Origin: a virus
IMG/VR virus record: IMGVR_UViG_3300001765_000052
Strand: one strand, 5' to 3'
Length of the DNA stretch: 64,000 nucleotides
Part shown: positions 61,274 to 64,000 of the stretch, piece after piece
Layout: every line of letters starts with the position of its first letter
How positions within the stretch are numbered: position 1 is the first letter of the stretch
The notes under the pieces: model-generated
Database searches by the model: none
The model's input: only the letters and a program-made list of their open reading frames with translations
Told to the model about the DNA's origin: nothing
Program-made: the position numbers and the translations under genes

Positions 61274-61364
61274 CTAATGTATAAAAATAAACCATTGTGG
61301 GCTCTTATTTTTTTTTTGTTTAAAAACAAATATAATCACATATTACAAATATGAAAGGATTTAA

Positions 61365-61670
61365 ATGATTAATAAACCAGTAGTATTAAATTATAAAACC
61401 ATGCCATCAAATGTTGAAGGTGTAAACATAATGAGACCTAGTCCATTTGGAAATCCATTTAAAATTCCACAAGATGGAACAAGGAATGAAGTGTGTGATA
61501 AATTTGAAGCATATGTAAATTCTAATTCTGTTTTAATCCAAAAAATTAAAACAGAATTAAAAGGAAAAAACCTGGTGTGTTGTTGTAAAAAACCAAATAA
61601 AGAAGTTCGGTGTCACGGCGATACTCTTTTAAGAATCGCAAATGAAATTAATGAAAGCGATTATTTATGA
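61365..61670 (+). CDS. DUF4326 family protein
   Basis: RPSPFGNPF..G.R.EVC..F..ELKGKNL.C.C....CHGD.L. Confidence 0.85.
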   Translation: MINKPVVLNYKTMPSNVEGVNIMRPSPFGNPFKIPQDGTRNEVCDKFEAYVNSNSVLIQKIKTELKGKNLVCCCKKPNKEVRCHGDTLLRIANEINESDYL

Positions 61671-61975
61671 ATAAACCAGAACAAAGAATTGTTTGCGCAG
61701 CTTGTAGAAATAAAGATAATCATGTTATTATTGGAATCAGACATTTTGATACAATAATGCATACTACAATTGATGATAGATTAAACTTTTATCCAAATGA
61801 ACATTGGGCTAATTGTGAACAAGGTTTTTTAGATCAATACGGTGAATTTTTTGATAGAAAGACTAGCTGGTTAATTGCTTGCTCTGCTAATCAAATAATT
61901 CGTTTAGTAGGAAATCAAACTAAAGAAGATTTAAATAAATCGGGTGTTGAACTTTATTCTGAAAATTTATATTAA
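61667..61975 (+). CDS. Conserved phage hypothetical protein
   Basis: IVCAA..G.RH..QGFLDQYG.F.DR..A..LYSENLY. Confidence 0.7.
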   Translation: MNKPEQRIVCAACRNKDNHVIIGIRHFDTIMHTTIDDRLNFYPNEHWANCEQGFLDQYGEFFDRKTSWLIACSANQIIRLVGNQTKEDLNKSGVELYSENLY

Positions 61976-61979
61976 AATT

Positions 61980-62154
61980 ATGTATTTTTATAAATCATTA
62001 AAAGTTATATTTTCTATAATTTTAACTATAGTTTGGTTAATTGGTATAACTATATCAAAAGGTGTAGTATCAACTTATTTTTTCAATTATATTTCCACCG
62101 TATGCTTGGTATTTAGTTGTAGAGAAAATTACTAAAATGTATGGGTTTATTTGA
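61980..62154 (+). pseudogene. Small membrane protein interrupted by a +1 frameshift near 62075-62083
   Basis: First frame gives ..IVWLIGITISKGVVST; removing one T continues IFSIIFPPYAWYLVVEKITKMYGFI*. Confidence 0.5.
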
Positions 62155-62184
62155 CATTAATATTTTTTAAAAAGGAAATTAAAA

Positions 62185-63552
62185 ATGAGTAACATTCAAG
62201 TAGGGATTACAGATCATTTAGATCCAGAAGTAGAAGCTATGGTAATGGCAATGTATAGTCGTAGCTATGCACCAATTGAAGGGCGTATTCCTTCTAGTGA
62301 AGAATCTATTGAAGAACATAAAAAGAAACTAGGTAAATTTTATATTGGATACAATCACAAAAGTGTGGGTCAACTTGGAGATACAACAATTTGGATAGAA
62401 GGTGTCTCTATGCTTGCAGCTAAAGCTATTGAAAATCATCCTCTATATAACGGGCAAGAAAGTTCAACAAGATATATTGACTTCTCCAGTCAACCAATGT
62501 TTTCACCTAATGAAGATATCGTGTATTGGCAAGAGAAATTTAGAGCTTTCTATATCAAAGCAGTTCCGTTAGTAATTGAAAAACTTAAATTAGAGTTTCC
62601 TCTAATAGAAAATGTTAAATATGTAGGTGATCCATTAACTAATAAAGACAGTGCTGTTTGGGAAAATACGATTAAAGCAAGAGCTTTTGATATTTGTCGA
62701 GGAATCTTACCTGCAGGCTGCACTACTAATGTAGCATTCAAAGGTACATTTGACACTATCAACGACCATTTTGGTGAGATGCTGTATCACCCATGCCAAG
62801 AGATGAGAGATATTGCAGAAACAGTTCTTACTAAATTGAAAGAAAAATATCCATATGCTGCTATGGATATTGATAAACTAGAAGAAAGGCACACATATGT
62901 GAATAATATATTTTTCTATCAGTGTTTTGATGTATATGGGGAAAGCACTAGTGTAAAAGTTGTTACTGATCCAGAAAGTGCTAGTTTTAATGATTTAGAA
63001 TTTTTTCATAAAAGAGATAAATTTTCTAAACTCAGTAGATTTATTTCTAATTTCTTTAGAATAAGGTTAATAGGTTTACTTGATTTTGGATCTTATAGGG
63101 ATATTCATAGGCATCGTAATGGTTATATTGGAATGGAAGCTTTGTCTATCGATAAAGGATTCCATGAATTTTATTTGAATAACCTTACACCTGAATTGAC
63201 TGATGAATTAACAGATATTTTAAGTGAATATGAAGATTGGTATGAGAATATAGTTGACCTAGACACAATAAATGGTTTAACATCTAATGAGCTTTATGAT
63301 TTACAATATTGTACACCTATGGGCTATAGAGTAGCAATTGATTACAATTGCGACATCAATCAGGCTCTTTATTTAATGGAACTTCGTTCCGGTAAAACAG
63401 TACATCAAACACTTAGAGAACTTATTCAATCTTGGGTAATACAATTAAAAGAAATTTATCCAACTTTAGATATCCATGCAGATATGGATAAAGATAATTT
63501 TACTCTTAAAAGAGGAAATCAGACATTTGATAATCTAATGTATCAAAATTAA
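62185..63552 (+). CDS. thyX: FAD-dependent thymidylate synthase (long ThyX)
   Basis: YNHKSV, QESSTRY, AFDICRGILP, RDIHRHR, ELRS. Confidence 0.85.
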   Translation: MSNIQVGITDHLDPEVEAMVMAMYSRSYAPIEGRIPSSEESIEEHKKKLGKFYIGYNHKSVGQLGDTTIWIEGVSMLAAKAIENHPLYNGQESSTRYIDFSSQPMFSPNEDIVYWQEKFRAFYIKAVPLVIEKLKLEFPLIENVKYVGDPLTNKDSAVWENTIKARAFDICRGILPAGCTTNVAFKGTFDTINDHFGEMLYHPCQEMRDIAETVLTKLKEKYPYAAMDIDKLEERHTYVNNIFFYQCFDVYGESTSVKVVTDPESASFNDLEFFHKRDKFSKLSRFISNFFRIRLIGLLDFGSYRDIHRHRNGYIGMEALSIDKGFHEFYLNNLTPELTDELTDILSEYEDWYENIVDLDTINGLTSNELYDLQYCTPMGYRVAIDYNCDINQALYLMELRSGKTVHQTLRELIQSWVIQLKEIYPTLDIHADMDKDNFTLKRGNQTFDNLMYQN

Positions 63553-63810
63553 ATGAAAAAAAGTATTTATTATCAAGGACCTAAAAAATTAAATACGTCA
63601 ACTACTCCAGTTATTTCTGTTATAAAAGTTATATTGCCGCTTCTTTCAACTAATTTAATTACTCGTAATGAGGATATATTAGATTTTAATAATCTTGTTA
63701 ATAAAAGTTATATTTCTATTCAGAAACCACAATATAACTTAAACAAAGACCGTTTATCTATATTAGGTAGAAGTACATATGGGCCTCAAAAGTTACATAG
63801 GAAAAAATAG
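63553..63810 (+). CDS. Hypothetical protein
   Basis: 85-aa ORF abutting thyX stop. Confidence 0.4.
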   Translation: MKKSIYYQGPKKLNTSTTPVISVIKVILPLLSTNLITRNEDILDFNNLVNKSYISIQKPQYNLNKDRLSILGRSTYGPQKLHRKK

Positions 63811-64000
63811 TGTTAATTATTTCTAAGAAAACAAAAGCAATTTCAGATAAACAGTATGCTAATCAAATTGAATATTGGTTAAATTTAAAAAATAAATTTT
63901 TAGATAAAACCCAATCAACTTTTCTAAAAGAAGTTAATAAAGTAATTGGTGAGTATACTTATGTAAACATTGAATTAGAAAAATCTAATTTTTGCGTGTA
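63810..64000 (+). CDS. 3'-truncated hypothetical protein
   Basis: GTG overlapping the previous stop; frame open to window end. Confidence 0.35.
   Translation, partial: MLIISKKTKAISDKQYANQIEYWLNLKNKFLDKTQSTFLKEVNKVIGEYTYVNIELEKSNFCV

Noticed and set aside
1-64000. CRISPR array, tRNA/rRNA genes, DGR or retron
   Set aside because: No repeat-spacer periodicity, cloverleaf or reverse transcriptase motif seen by eye; a tRNAscan run would be needed to be certain.
1-64000. Stop-codon reassignment
   Set aside because: Standard code gives dense full-length genes ending in TAA, TAG and TGA; the breaks are explained by introns or frameshifts.

Overview
AT-rich 64-kb segment of a phiKZ-like jumbo myophage (probably nucleus-forming Chimalliviridae; no chimallin gene in this window) infecting a Gram-negative host. 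Gene order follows the phiKZ gp66-gp101 core: nvRNAP subunits, PicA/Imp1-like import factor, SF2 helicase, vRNAP beta' subunit, N-terminal subunit of the split family-B DNA polymerase, baseplate and inner-head proteins. Accessory genes include a tail-fibre/Calx-beta adhesin module, RuvC, spanins, endolysin, two GT2 enzymes, CYTH, Tmk and ThyX. phiKZ gp equivalences come from synteny, size and recalled motifs, not from a database search. There are three group I (IA2-like) ribozyme cores and four homing endonucleases. The main candidate novelty is in the DNA polymerase gene: a 50-nt mini-intron splits catalytic motif A (DVSSS-Y/P), and its ribozyme core lies outside it, downstream of the last exon. 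This would be a naturally permuted/externalised group I intron resembling an engineered trans-excision-splicing ribozyme. Other highlights: an uncalled 163-codon start-less ORF reachable by -1 frameshifting (tail-chaperone G/GT-like), an early-expressed AcrIII-1-like (DUF1874) gene, a shared UGUC-loop leader hairpin on early transcripts, a candidate structured ncRNA, and a GIY-YIG gene flanked by a 44-bp duplication of the RNAP gene end.
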